Made by a program: the position numbers and the translations under genes
Notes under the pieces: generated by a model
The model's database searches: none
Seen by the model: the letters and a program-made list of their open reading frames with translations, nothing else
What the model was told of the DNA's origin: nothing
In this document: positions 18,942 through 30,013 of the stretch, in pieces
How positions within the stretch are numbered: position 1 is the first letter of the stretch
How the letters are laid out: every line of letters begins with the position of its first letter
IMG/VR virus record: IMGVR_UViG_3300047200_000500
Coordinates: 64,001-128,000 of that record
Length of the DNA: 64,000 nucleotides
Direction: 5' to 3' (one strand)
From: a virus

Positions 18942-20912
18942 GTGTTAATAACTTTATTAGATAATCATAAAATCCAGTTGTCTCAAGTATTTCCTCAACA
19001 AGAGGAAGTATTTGTAAAGCATTTTAGTGTTCGTGATCCTAAGGCTATATATTCAAGATCTGCCATTAGAGGAGGTGGGGGTTGGGATGGTGTGTGGCGT
19101 AAGTATAATAAAAATAATCAAACTTTAAGACGGCCATTTTTAGCTGAATTGGTACAACTGTGTAAAGAAAACAATTTTCCATATGAAATAATTGATAGCA
19201 GAGAAAAATCAAAATATCCAAGACCATCGGTTGGATCATTTGATAACGCTTTAATTGATGGTATTGAATTACGAGAAAATCAAATTGATGCATTAAATGC
19301 TGTTTCAATGTCTGGTGATGTCGAAAAAGATTTAATTTCTGAGACAGGAATGATTCATCACGCTACAGGGTCAGGCAAAACTGAAAGCTTAGCTGGGATT
19401 ATTAAATTATTCAGATGTCCAACAGTAATCATAACTGAACAAGTAGTAGTGTTGGATCAAATAATGAAAAGAATAATTCTTAGAAATGTTGTCCATAACA
19501 ATGATATTGGCCTTTTTACATCTGGGTTTACACCAGATAATAATTTGGTAATTGTTGGATCAATACAGGCATTACAAACCCCTGTAAAACCAAAATGGGC
19601 TGAATTTAATATTAGATTATCAACTATAGAAAGTGATTTCAAGAAATTAATGTTATCTGATTATGAAAAAGCTGTTGATTCTATTGGCAAGGCTAATGCT
19701 AATCATTGGTTTAAATCAATAATGATTGATAAGTTTAAAACTAAATTTATTAAAGATAATCTAATCTTTAAAAATTATGTTGATTGGACTAAGGAAAGTG
19801 ATTGGAATGATATTACATTTGTTGATGTAGTGTTAAATAACAAGGAATTATTAAATTTATTGGATAAAAATGAACGAGAATTGTTTAGTATTGATATATC
19901 TGTATTGAATAAAAATGAACGAGGACTGTTTAATGTTAATGCGTCTGGAGATTTCTCAAAATATGTTGAAAAAGCAATCCAAATATTTCAACCAATTGTA
20001 AAAACTAAATATTTTGATATAGCAATGAAAGGATATCATTCAAGGTTTGCAAAATCGGAATTAATACAGAGGTTGGTTAATAAATGTGAGATGTTAATGA
20101 TAGATGAGGCTGACAAAGGTTCGTCAAAATATTATGAACCATTATTCAATAATTGGTTTAATGGCAGATATATATATGGTTTTTCAGCAACACCTTATGA
20201 TAAGGATAAACCAGTTGAGAAATTGTTGTTGAGGGAACGATTTGGATCAATATTATCAATTGCTAATAGAAAGGACATGACAGAAATTGGTGCCATTCAA
20301 CCAATAAAATTCTACATGATTCAACATGGTAAAGAAGACCCATTAGATAAAACAGCGTTTGATATAGCTGAAAAACGAGAAATAATTGAAAATGAGGAAT
20401 TTCATAAAAAGATTATATCTATTATTAATTCGTTTCCAAATGAAAATTTTTTAATATTAGTTGACACTGCTGCGGTTGAGATATTGGGCGATATTTTAGA
20501 AAGTAAAATTCCTGGATCAGTGTTTATATCCGGCACTACAATTCGTTCTAAAAGAAATATTGCATTAAAAAATTTTGAAGAAAAAAAACTTAGAATTTTG
20601 ATAGGATCAAAAATTGTGAAACGCGGCCTAGACCTCCAAGGAGGTGCCGATAATGTCATCATGTTAGGTGCTGGTAAAAAAGAATCCAACATTGACCAGA
20701 TTATCGGAAGAGCAGTTAGAAAAACGAAAAGAGGTTGGAGCAGGGTTTTTGCATTTTACATGACTGGCAATTATTATTTGTTAACGCATTCAAGAAGACA
20801 ACTTAAGTTCATGATTGGTTTGAAAGAGTATCCGATTACAGTAGTATATGGCGGAAAACAGGTCCCTGGTGATCATTTTGTTAAAAAGAGGTACAATATA
20901 AGGTTATGCTAA
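18942..20912 (+). CDS. uvsW: SF2 DNA helicase, UvsW-like, with a large insertion
   Basis: Q motif 'LRENQ', Walker A 'ATGSGKT', 'IDEAD', 'GFSATP', 'RGLDL' and 'QIIGRAVR'. Confidence 0.85.
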   Translation: MLITLLDNHKIQLSQVFPQQEEVFVKHFSVRDPKAIYSRSAIRGGGGWDGVWRKYNKNNQTLRRPFLAELVQLCKENNFPYEIIDSREKSKYPRPSVGSFDNALIDGIELRENQIDALNAVSMSGDVEKDLISETGMIHHATGSGKTESLAGIIKLFRCPTVIITEQVVVLDQIMKRIILRNVVHNNDIGLFTSGFTPDNNLVIVGSIQALQTPVKPKWAEFNIRLSTIESDFKKLMLSDYEKAVDSIGKANANHWFKSIMIDKFKTKFIKDNLIFKNYVDWTKESDWNDITFVDVVLNNKELLNLLDKNERELFSIDISVLNKNERGLFNVNASGDFSKYVEKAIQIFQPIVKTKYFDIAMKGYHSRFAKSELIQRLVNKCEMLMIDEADKGSSKYYEPLFNNWFNGRYIYGFSATPYDKDKPVEKLLLRERFGSILSIANRKDMTEIGAIQPIKFYMIQHGKEDPLDKTAFDIAEKREIIENEEFHKKIISIINSFPNENFLILVDTAAVEILGDILESKIPGSVFISGTTIRSKRNIALKNFEEKKLRILIGSKIVKRGLDLQGGADNVIMLGAGKKESNIDQIIGRAVRKTKRGWSRVFAFYMTGNYYLLTHSRRQLKFMIGLKEYPITVVYGGKQVPGDHFVKKRYNIRLC

Positions 20913-20943
20913 TATTGACATGATTTAATAAGTAAATAATTTT

Positions 20944-23019
20944 ATGACGAATTCGGTGAAAAAAGCTAAGGAAATCATTCCTACGCTTTCAGAAAAATCT
21001 TTACCATCTCTAGCGTTAGAACCTAAGATTAAGCCTAAGAACCATTATTTTGATAATGATTTGGTTCAAGAAATTTTAAAAAGATATGTTGCTCGTGGGT
21101 GCGTTGACATAGAATTACGTGATGAAATAATGCACCATGCTGAAGAATTGATAAGACAAGTAATCAGAGCGCATAATTTTGAACATATTTTTCCAAATAG
21201 AGACAGTTCATCAGCATTAGAATTATTCCAAGTGGCCTATTGTGTATCGTTAGATACCATGTTATTCACTGACAATGGGATAATGAAAATAAATGATATA
21301 ATTAATAACAGTTTTAATAGACAAATACTTTGTAATGGATTAATTGGAGAAATTGATATCATGGTAAATGGAATTAATGGATTATCAAAAGCTAATAAAT
21401 ATTGCTTAAGAAATAATATTAAAACAAAAAAGATTAAAATTAAATATGATTATGAATTGGAATGTACTAATGATCATCCAATTTTAGTTTTAAAACCTGA
21501 TGGGCATAAATGGATAAATGCTGGTGATCTTAAGAAAAATGATTATGTTGGTTTACAATATAATCAAAATATTTGGATTAATAATAATAAAATAGATTTT
21601 AAACCATTAACTAAAGGTGGTACCACTTACATGTGGAATCCACCTTCAGAATGGACTGAAGAATTAGCATATATAGTAGGATTAGTAGTCTCAGAAGGAT
21701 CAGTTGAGGATTATAGAATTGTAATTTATAATGGAGAAGTAAATGAAATATTACAAAATAATAATTGCGGGCTAATTATTAAATATGATGGTAATCTTAC
21801 TAATGCGATAGGATGTATAAGGTTTGCAGAATTTATAAAATGGTTAGGGATTAGCAATAGTGCATTAACAAAAAAAATTCCAGAGCAAATTTTGAAATGT
21901 TCTAAGAATATTATATCATCATTTTTGTCAGGAATGTTTGATGGTGACGGTCATTCTAATAAAAGCAATGGAAGAGTTGGATATACATCATCTTCAAAAA
22001 TTTTAATTGAACAATTAAGAATGTTGATGTTAAACTATGGAATAGTAACCCAAAAAAGTGCAGATAATAGGAAATTCAGTTTGTTTAGAAATAAAAAATG
22101 TGACAAGCATACATCATGGCAAGTATTATTTCCAACAATTGATTCAATGATATTTTATAATGAAATAGGATTTAAAATAAAACGAAAGCAAAATAATAAA
22201 GTGAAATTGTCAGATATTCCATTTAGATATTTATATGGTCACTATAAACAACATACTGGAAATATTCTTAAATATATTAAAAAATTAGATCGTAAATGTT
22301 TAAAACCAAGAGATATAATTACACCTAAAATATTATCAAGATTGTTATTGGTTAAATCAGCTATTAATACTGAATCTTATAAATATTTATCTGAAAGATT
22401 ATCTGAATGTTCTGGTAATAATAAGATAATATGGTTGCCAGTCAAGGAAATAAATGACAGCATATCAGATGTCATTGATATTACAGTTCCACTTGAAAAC
22501 AATTTTGTAGCCAATGGTATAATAACCCATAATTGCCAGATCGAGAAAGTTTTATATAAATATGATCCACAACCAGGATCACCAAAATTATTCAATTTAT
22601 GGAGCCAGGTAAGCAAGACGCGAATTTTGGCATACTTGAAAAAAGAGAAAAGAGACAAAAAGAATGTCGTGAGTTATAAAGATTTCTTAAACAGAAAACA
22701 GAAAATCAAATTAAAAAATTCAACAGATATTGATTTGTGGTTAAAAGAAGCAAGGGAGATGTTAGAATATAATGAAGATTTTTTAAAGATAGTAGATGCA
22801 ATAGAAAAAATTTGGTATGATGATGAAAAATCTCATGATGGACTAATATCAAAAATTGAAAAGACTAGTGGAAAGAACAGGAATATAATAAGCCATTTTT
22901 TCAAAACAATAAGGATAAGAAGAGATGAGTTTACGGTTAATTTACTTGAAGTTAAAGACCCTAAAGATCCTGATGCTAGTGATGTAGAAGATTTCTTTTA
23001 TATTGACCATGATCAATAA
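20944..23019 (+). CDS. gp55: Late sigma factor (T4 gp55-like) interrupted by an intein
   Basis: Exteins 'KNHYFDN', 'ELFQVAY|CQIEKVLYKYDP' and 'KLFNLWSQVSKTRILAYLKKEKR' resemble the gp55 pattern (HYVNN...NFDP...FAYFTQI...RIKKEK). Spliced length is 260 aa. Confidence 0.7.
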   Translation: MTNSVKKAKEIIPTLSEKSLPSLALEPKIKPKNHYFDNDLVQEILKRYVARGCVDIELRDEIMHHAEELIRQVIRAHNFEHIFPNRDSSSALELFQVAYCVSLDTMLFTDNGIMKINDIINNSFNRQILCNGLIGEIDIMVNGINGLSKANKYCLRNNIKTKKIKIKYDYELECTNDHPILVLKPDGHKWINAGDLKKNDYVGLQYNQNIWINNNKIDFKPLTKGGTTYMWNPPSEWTEELAYIVGLVVSEGSVEDYRIVIYNGEVNEILQNNNCGLIIKYDGNLTNAIGCIRFAEFIKWLGISNSALTKKIPEQILKCSKNIISSFLSGMFDGDGHSNKSNGRVGYTSSSKILIEQLRMLMLNYGIVTQKSADNRKFSLFRNKKCDKHTSWQVLFPTIDSMIFYNEIGFKIKRKQNNKVKLSDIPFRYLYGHYKQHTGNILKYIKKLDRKCLKPRDIITPKILSRLLLVKSAINTESYKYLSERLSECSGNNKIIWLPVKEINDSISDVIDITVPLENNFVANGIITHNCQIEKVLYKYDPQPGSPKLFNLWSQVSKTRILAYLKKEKRDKKNVVSYKDFLNRKQKIKLKNSTDIDLWLKEAREMLEYNEDFLKIVDAIEKIWYDDEKSHDGLISKIEKTSGKNRNIISHFFKTIRIRRDEFTVNLLEVKDPKDPDASDVEDFFYIDHDQ
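21241..22533 (+). mobile_element. Intein (431 aa) with LAGLIDADG homing endonuclease
   Basis: Starts 'CVSLDT'; block B 'LECTNDHPIL'; LAGLIDADG motifs 'IVGLVVSEG' and 'LSGMFDGDG'; ends 'VIDITVP..NNFVANGIITHN' followed by Cys+1. Confidence 0.93.
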
Positions 23020-23029
23020 AATATAAATT

Positions 23030-23611
23030 ATGGCTATTCCTAAGTCAGTTCGTGAAAGGATTCATCGTAAGGTTAGGGGTAAAAAAGTAACTCCTGATAG
23101 CGTTAATATAGCAGGAAGAATAGCGGTCAAAAAAACTGCCGATAATGATCCTAATATCAGTGACATAGATGAAAAGAAATTTGCCGAAGATATAGTTAAA
23201 TTTTACAGGGGTGGTGAACCAATGATTGATGAGGATGTAATAGGATTTATTGATATATTAATTGATGAATCTATAAAAATGGAAGGTAAGCATCCTTTAA
23301 AGGTGGAACGTTTAAATGAAATGAAAGAAATAGTTAAGAGTAAATTAATTGAATCAACCGATAAATCTGAAATTGAACTGAATTTTAAAATAACCACAAA
23401 AGATAAATCTACTGCTCAAGGATTAAAAGACCTTATTCACACTCTTTCTGGCTTAGGCGGAGCAGGATGTAGCAGAGAAGTAAAATTATATTTTGACGGT
23501 GATGGACATAATAGATTTAAGATAGATGAATTTTCAACAATTGGTGCCGAATTGTCAGATAACAAATGTGATATGGATAAAGATATAATTAATATTGGAT
23601 CATTCGATTAG
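23030..23611 (+). CDS. Hypothetical protein, possibly protease-processed head protein
   Basis: 193 aa; internal LIDE, RLNE and KLIE motifs, then a compact 'GCSREVKLYFDGDG' domain. Confidence 0.6.
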   Translation: MAIPKSVRERIHRKVRGKKVTPDSVNIAGRIAVKKTADNDPNISDIDEKKFAEDIVKFYRGGEPMIDEDVIGFIDILIDESIKMEGKHPLKVERLNEMKEIVKSKLIESTDKSEIELNFKITTKDKSTAQGLKDLIHTLSGLGGAGCSREVKLYFDGDGHNRFKIDEFSTIGAELSDNKCDMDKDIINIGSFD

Positions 23612-23621
23612 TAAATAATAT

Positions 23622-24212
23622 ATGACTGAAGAACTATCAGAACAGCCACTAGATCCAGACTTGCAATCATTGATGAATGAACTTGGCAAAGTTGAAGGTG
23701 AAATACCAAAGCCTGATATATCCAAATTAGAAGATATCAAGGTTGATGTAAAACAAGAAGAAAAAATTGATGTAAAACCAGAAGATAAACTTGTAGAATT
23801 AAAATCTGAAATAATAAAAGATGCTGAAATTAATGAGATGAGTGAATTTGAACTTAAAAAGGCAAGGATTCAAGAAAGATTGATTGGTTTAATTGATACT
23901 CATTGTGATAGTGCTACAAGAATTATAGAAGATGTAGAATCTGATAGAACTAAATGTGATGATGTATACAGCATATTATTTGCAAAATTGCAAAATAATG
24001 ATTATAGAGCATCTGATGCTGCGGCTATTACTACTGTCCTGCAAGTTAAGGCTGATATAACTAAAACTAGAGCAAATATGATGGATTCTGTAGCTAAATT
24101 ACTTGGATCACTTAAAAATAATAATACAATTAACACAGGTGATTCAAATTCTGATGGATTATCACAAGAAGAAGTTAATAGATTATTAGATAGGCCAAGT
24201 GGTACTAAGTGA
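23622..24212 (+). CDS. Putative terminase small subunit
   Basis: Helical protein overlapping the terL start (GTGA); assignment is by position only. Confidence 0.45.
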   Translation: MTEELSEQPLDPDLQSLMNELGKVEGEIPKPDISKLEDIKVDVKQEEKIDVKPEDKLVELKSEIIKDAEINEMSEFELKKARIQERLIGLIDTHCDSATRIIEDVESDRTKCDDVYSILFAKLQNNDYRASDAAAITTVLQVKADITKTRANMMDSVAKLLGSLKNNNTINTGDSNSDGLSQEEVNRLLDRPSGTK

Positions 24213-26128
24213 TCACAAAGGAACAGAAAAAGGAAATTTTAAAAAGATGTAAAGCATCTTTTGTTTATTTCTGTACTAATTTTTGTAAAATCAAGCATCC
24301 TAATGCTGGTATTATACCATTTAATTTGTTTGAATATCAAATTGATTCTGTTAAAGCGTTCCAAGAGGAAGATCGAGTTGTTTATTTGAAATGTCGTCAA
24401 AGTGGTATTTCTACATTAACTGGTGCATATGCTTTGTGGACTGCGATGTTTCATTCAAATAAAAAAGTTCTAGTTGTTAGTAAACGAGACGAAGATGCCA
24501 TAGCTTATTTAGACAGAAATATCAAGTTCGTTTATGAAAATCTTCCTGCAGAGATATTTCATTGTACATTTGGTGATCCTCGTTCTGGGATGAATAGAAA
24601 ATATGCACCTCCAAAATTATGGAATGAACATACTGTAGGATTCTTTCAAGGTTCTGAAATTAAATCATTAACTAGTTCTAAAGATACTCTTCGTTCTAAT
24701 ACCGCTTCATTAGTTATTATAGATGAGGCCGCGTTTATAGTTGAAATGGAAGCAATGTGGCTTGCTGGTCAGCCGACTTTAATGCATGGTGGTCGCGTAA
24801 TAGTTATCAGTACAACTAATGGACGTGGTGGATGGTATTATAATACTATTGAAGACGCTAAAGAGAATAAAAATCAATTTAAAGTAATTGAAATTCCATG
24901 GCACAAGATGAATTGGGTAATTGAATTCGTTGACGATATAACAAGACGTAAAGTTAGAATCGCACCGTGTGACAATATTGTAAAATGCACAACAGAAGAA
25001 GATAAAGCAAAATATGGTGAATTTAAGAGTCCATGGTTAGAACGCCAATACAGGGAACTTCAAGAAAAAGGTGAATCTTGGAAATTTAGGCAAGAAATAT
25101 TAATGGAATTTATTGGTGCTGGTAATACTGTATTAGACAAGGATTCAATTACTAGAGTGACAGAGGAAGCAGATTCTAGTTATAAAATGATTGATAAGCC
25201 GGTGGCCTATGTAAATCCTAACATTAATGAACGTTCTTACCTTGATTTCAATAAGTGTTTGTGGATTTGGAACATGCCGGTGAGAAGGAGATCGCCAATT
25301 GTTGATGCCACTAGCAGAATTATTAAACCTGGGGATGATGGACACAGATATGCAATAGGTGCTGACGTTTCGACAGGCGAATCAACTGACTATCATGGTG
25401 CTGAAATTATTGATGTAACTGAATCTGAACAAGTCGCAGAATTAAAGTTAAAATGCCCCATAGATGAATTTTCTAAGATGCTTGATTATCTTGGAAGATT
25501 TTACAATAATGCCCTTCTCATTGTTGAGCGTACTGGCATAGGTGAGGCAGTAATCCAAGATTTAAGGAATACTTTATTCTATCCTAATTTATTTTATAGA
25601 AGGTTGCCTAATGGTCATAAAGATAAGAGGGCTGGATTTCCAACAGGTTCAACCACTAAAGGATTTATAGTAAAAGCCATAACAGAAAATATTGGTGTTG
25701 GAGATAGGGGAATAAAGTTTAAATCGTCCAGATTAATAAGAGAATTAAATTGTTTTATTCACCTTGGTAATGGCAGGGTAGGAAATGAGCCAGGCGCTGG
25801 TAATAATGATGACTTGGTTATATCATCTGGCTTAGCGTGTATGGGAATTATTGAAGCAATGCAGACCCCATCTGGTCTGTTACCAATGAGTTCGCAAAGT
25901 GTTTCTGATGTTTATGATGAGAAATTAACTATGACAATGGATGATATAATTCAAAAAGGTGGACATAATCTAATGTTTCCAATTATGACTACTACTGAAA
26001 CTGATGATTTTAAAACTGTTGAACAGACATTGATGCAATTTGCCACTCAACTAGGTGGTATAACAATGGATATGGTTGATAAGAAAAAAGGAATGATACC
26101 TATTAAAGATAAAAAGAAATATTTTTAA
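24209..26128 (+). CDS. gp17: Terminase large subunit
   Basis: 'PFNLFEYQ', Walker A 'KCRQSGIST', Walker B 'IIDEAAF', 'ISTTNG', nuclease 'IGADVSTG' and 'NDDLVIS'. Confidence 0.96.
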   Translation: MITKEQKKEILKRCKASFVYFCTNFCKIKHPNAGIIPFNLFEYQIDSVKAFQEEDRVVYLKCRQSGISTLTGAYALWTAMFHSNKKVLVVSKRDEDAIAYLDRNIKFVYENLPAEIFHCTFGDPRSGMNRKYAPPKLWNEHTVGFFQGSEIKSLTSSKDTLRSNTASLVIIDEAAFIVEMEAMWLAGQPTLMHGGRVIVISTTNGRGGWYYNTIEDAKENKNQFKVIEIPWHKMNWVIEFVDDITRRKVRIAPCDNIVKCTTEEDKAKYGEFKSPWLERQYRELQEKGESWKFRQEILMEFIGAGNTVLDKDSITRVTEEADSSYKMIDKPVAYVNPNINERSYLDFNKCLWIWNMPVRRRSPIVDATSRIIKPGDDGHRYAIGADVSTGESTDYHGAEIIDVTESEQVAELKLKCPIDEFSKMLDYLGRFYNNALLIVERTGIGEAVIQDLRNTLFYPNLFYRRLPNGHKDKRAGFPTGSTTKGFIVKAITENIGVGDRGIKFKSSRLIRELNCFIHLGNGRVGNEPGAGNNDDLVISSGLACMGIIEAMQTPSGLLPMSSQSVSDVYDEKLTMTMDDIIQKGGHNLMFPIMTTTETDDFKTVEQTLMQFATQLGGITMDMVDKKKGMIPIKDKKKYF

Positions 26129-26169
26129 TATGAAAACTGTATTTGGTATTATCTAAGTAAATATAAATC

Positions 26170-27867
26170 ATGAGTTTTGTATTATTTGATAAAATCAGAT
26201 TATTATTTAAACGTAGTAATATATATTCACATGAAAACATTTTACAAAATCAACCAGATATTTCGAAGGTTTATACTAATCAAAATAATATAATTGATCT
26301 TCATGATCCCTCTTTTTATATTGAACAAAGTAATGTACAAATAAATAGACTCGAAAGATATAAAGACTACGACCAGATGAATGAGGTTGGCGAAATATCG
26401 CTAGCCTTAGATTTATATGCTGATGAATGTTCACTTAGAGATCCTGAGAGAAACCATTCAGTATTTGTTAAAACATCTAGTATTAGATTAAAGCAAGAAA
26501 TAGAAGATTTGTTATATAATACTCTTAATATAGATTCTCAAATTAGACCAATTGCTAGATATTTATCTAAATATGGTGATTATGCTTGTGAAATAGTAAC
26601 GACTTCCAATAGAGATGGTGTTGCATCTATCAAGACAATGTATATGTATAATTTTACTAGAGTTGAAACTAAATTTGGTGATTTGGTTGGATTCTTTTAT
26701 CAATTACCTGGCGAAAAGCCAATATATTACCATCCATGGCAAGTTGCTCATATAAGACTTACTGATTTTGAACAATTATATATGCCATATGGCAGATCAA
26801 TACTTGAAGGTGCTCGTCGTGATTGGCGCAGATTACGGTTAATGGAAGATGCTGCATTAGTATATCGTTTGGTCCGCGCTCCAGAAAAGCGAATCTTTAA
26901 GGTCCCAGTTGGTAATTTACCTCCTAAAGAACGTGAACAATATATCCAGATTATAGCTAGACGGTTTAAGAAACATAAATTTATTGATCCTGTTACTGGC
27001 GCAATGAATGAAAAATATGCACCTCACATTCAAGATGATGATTATTGGGTTCCTGTAACATCAGATGGCACAGGGGTTGAAATTGACACATTGAAGGGCG
27101 CTGAAAATCTTGATGCCATTGCTGATATTGAATATTTCAAAAAGAAAATGATATCAGCACTTAAGATACCATTTAATAGAGTTGGACTAGCTCAAGAGGG
27201 TTCAGATGCCAGTAAGACGGTGGCCCAACAATCTCCAGAATTTGCTAAAGCTATTCAATGGATACAAGACCAATTAATAGTTGGCATCAAGAAAATAGTA
27301 TTAGTGCATCTTGCTCTTAGAGGGTTTAGTGTTGATGATATGAAAGATTTTGAGCTTAGCATGACTTCTGCTAGTGCTATTGATGAACTTTATAGGATTG
27401 AAACTTGGGCTAGTAGGGTTGACATAATGGGTGGATTAAAAGAACTTAAAATATTCCCAGATGAATGGATTGTAGAGAAATTTACAGATCTTACCAAAGA
27501 TGAGCTTGAAGTTATCAAGAGAACTATGGATATGAAGAAATCGCAGGAGAGCGGCGGTGAAGAGGGAGAAGATTTCTTTGAAGATGTTAATATAAAATCA
27601 TTGGTCATAAATGAAAGAAAAGTTGATTTAAAGGAAGCTGTTGAAAAAGTTGCTGCTGCAAAGATCAAATTTGGCCCTCATGCATCGTTTAATAAATTAT
27701 TAAATGAAAATGAATTTGATGGAATAACGCATAAAGGTAAAAGGCTTGAATCAGGCATTGAGAAAAAAGATCAAGTTATTACTGAAATGAAGACTTTTTT
27801 GGAAAGTATTAGTTCAGAAGAGGTATTAACTGAAGACACTGGCATAACAGCTGCAGATGTACCCTGA
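26170..27867 (+). CDS. gp20: Portal protein
   Basis: 'PYGRSILE', 'LRLMEDAALVYRLVRAPEKRIFKVPVGNLPP', 'DDYWVP' and 'DIEYFKKKM..ALKIP'. Confidence 0.96.
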   Translation: MSFVLFDKIRLLFKRSNIYSHENILQNQPDISKVYTNQNNIIDLHDPSFYIEQSNVQINRLERYKDYDQMNEVGEISLALDLYADECSLRDPERNHSVFVKTSSIRLKQEIEDLLYNTLNIDSQIRPIARYLSKYGDYACEIVTTSNRDGVASIKTMYMYNFTRVETKFGDLVGFFYQLPGEKPIYYHPWQVAHIRLTDFEQLYMPYGRSILEGARRDWRRLRLMEDAALVYRLVRAPEKRIFKVPVGNLPPKEREQYIQIIARRFKKHKFIDPVTGAMNEKYAPHIQDDDYWVPVTSDGTGVEIDTLKGAENLDAIADIEYFKKKMISALKIPFNRVGLAQEGSDASKTVAQQSPEFAKAIQWIQDQLIVGIKKIVLVHLALRGFSVDDMKDFELSMTSASAIDELYRIETWASRVDIMGGLKELKIFPDEWIVEKFTDLTKDELEVIKRTMDMKKSQESGGEEGEDFFEDVNIKSLVINERKVDLKEAVEKVAAAKIKFGPHASFNKLLNENEFDGITHKGKRLESGIEKKDQVITEMKTFLESISSEEVLTEDTGITAADVP

Positions 27868-27905
27868 TAAAATATATCAACGCAAAAATACCCTAAATTA
27901 AGGTA

Positions 27906-30008
27906 ATGAGCATGAATAAGCAACCGACTCTTGCCACCTCCAAAGTTACGATGGATGCTCGCAAGTTGCTGAGCACTATCAACCAAGGATATGCAGGTCA
28001 GATATCGGTCATGGAGAACCGACTGCAAAAACTTGGACTGGAATTAAACAGAAAATTCCGTTTAGTTTCTCTTGCCAATAATGCATTAATGTTTGAAGAT
28101 GTAAAGTCTAATAATTATTACCGTGCTGATTATAAGATTGCTGAGCATCAAATTACTCTTGAAAATATTAAACAGATTGTTGTTGTTGATGAAAAGAAAC
28201 CAGAAATCTTTAATAAAGCTTGCCGTGAGTTAGTAGAAGCTATTGAAAATGATGATTCTTCAAAGGCTGATAAGATTTTTGGACAGATAGAGAAGGGGTA
28301 TTGCACACCTAATGTTATTCCTGAGAGTGGCATAGTTAAGACTCGTGATGGTGTTGTTCAGCGCATTCATATCAATGAATCTATCATATCAGAATCAATA
28401 TATCCAGTATTAGTGAAGACAATTAAGGAATCAATTACTTCTGCAAAGATGGTCATTAAAGAAGGTGTAATAACCTATAATGACCAGAATGTGAAATTAC
28501 CTGTATCTAAGTTAACTTTACGTCAGGTTAACGCTCGCCACATGAGGAATGTGGCTGAGAGTGCTTATCAGAGTGATAATTTTGGTAAGCTTATCAAGGC
28601 TTGTGCCGCTCACATTTCTAATGCTAATATTCGCGAGGCTATCAAACTGTCTAAGGATTTCTTAACTGAAGAGCAGGAATTCACTCTCCTCAATAAGGAT
28701 GAGTTTGGAACATTAATTGAAAATACTTTATTCTCGAATGGTATCTTTAATCATAAGATAGTAGAGGATACCGCAAACACCCTTTGGGAAACCAATTGTT
28801 TTGTTAATAAAGATGCCATCTTGAAGGAATGGAAGATAGCTGCTGAAGATATTAAGTCAAAGAATTTAACTGAAAATGTTAAGTTACTTGAGGATGTTTC
28901 AAATAATCCAAAGAAGTTCTCTGAAGCTTATGATTCATTTGTTAAATCAGTTCTTGTTGAGGACATGTCATCCAAGGCTGTAAAGGCCCAAGCATACCTC
29001 AATATGCTCAAACTGGTCAAGAATGTTGTTTCTGGATCTGACGCTGACGCTGCAGTACAGGGAGCAGTGGATGATCTTGTAATTCGTCTTGAGAGTGATA
29101 TTAATAATATTGATGATGCAACCCTTTATGAAGTTGAAGATTTACTCGCCACAGTTGGTTCTGATTTAATCACAGACGTTCAGACACTTGGCGATTTCAA
29201 CAAGATACCTGAGCCTCAAGCTGTTGACCAGTTTGGTGCACCTTCTGATATTGAAGGTGAATTTGCTGGTGATATGGGTGAAGACTTTGTTGCCCCATCA
29301 GTTGGCGGTGCAGGCGGAATGGGTGAGGCTGGTGCTGCTGGCGATATGGGTGCTCCTACCGCAGACATGGGCGCTCCGGCCAGTGCAACTCCTGGTGCAG
29401 AAGGTGGCATAGAAGTAGCTCCTGAGGTAGTTCCTGGTGCTGAAGAGGAAGAGGAAGAGCCAGTACTAGATAGTAAGAAAGTTGACGGAAAGGCTATTAG
29501 TGAAAATTCTGATTATAATACTCCCAAAATTGATGAAAATTTAAAAGTCAATGAAAGCTATGGTGAAAGCGATAAGCCATGGGAAAAGAAGGATGATAAG
29601 AAAGTAGAAGACAAAGTGGAAGACAAAAAGGATGATAAGAAAGTAGAAGAATCACTTGTTGCTGTTGCTAATAGTGATGAAAAACTCATTGAAATAGTCA
29701 GCGCTGCAATGAATGCAGATGACAAAACTGATGATGAAGTTAAAAAAGCTGATCCAGCCCCTGCCGCTGATAAACCAGAAGGTGAATTAATTCAAGATTG
29801 CGATGAACCAGTGGTTAAAGAGGACAGCAATATAACTGATCCTGATAGCAAGAACTATGCTGGCCACCAAGATGATAAGAAAGATCATGAAGGCGTGAAG
29901 AGAAATAATCCTCCTAAATTCAGTGATGAAGATTTTAATGGTACCGAAAAAGCTAAAACTGGCAAGGATAAGCCAGAAGCCGGTCTGACAAGCGCTACTA
30001 AGGAATAA
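27906..30008 (+). CDS. Prohead core/internal scaffold protein
   Basis: Between portal and protease; acidic low-complexity C-terminus with many xxE sites. Confidence 0.65.
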   Translation: MSMNKQPTLATSKVTMDARKLLSTINQGYAGQISVMENRLQKLGLELNRKFRLVSLANNALMFEDVKSNNYYRADYKIAEHQITLENIKQIVVVDEKKPEIFNKACRELVEAIENDDSSKADKIFGQIEKGYCTPNVIPESGIVKTRDGVVQRIHINESIISESIYPVLVKTIKESITSAKMVIKEGVITYNDQNVKLPVSKLTLRQVNARHMRNVAESAYQSDNFGKLIKACAAHISNANIREAIKLSKDFLTEEQEFTLLNKDEFGTLIENTLFSNGIFNHKIVEDTANTLWETNCFVNKDAILKEWKIAAEDIKSKNLTENVKLLEDVSNNPKKFSEAYDSFVKSVLVEDMSSKAVKAQAYLNMLKLVKNVVSGSDADAAVQGAVDDLVIRLESDINNIDDATLYEVEDLLATVGSDLITDVQTLGDFNKIPEPQAVDQFGAPSDIEGEFAGDMGEDFVAPSVGGAGGMGEAGAAGDMGAPTADMGAPASATPGAEGGIEVAPEVVPGAEEEEEEPVLDSKKVDGKAISENSDYNTPKIDENLKVNESYGESDKPWEKKDDKKVEDKVEDKKDDKKVEESLVAVANSDEKLIEIVSAAMNADDKTDDEVKKADPAPAADKPEGELIQDCDEPVVKEDSNITDPDSKNYAGHQDDKKDHEGVKRNNPPKFSDEDFNGTEKAKTGKDKPEAGLTSATKE

Positions 30009-30013
30009 GGGTC

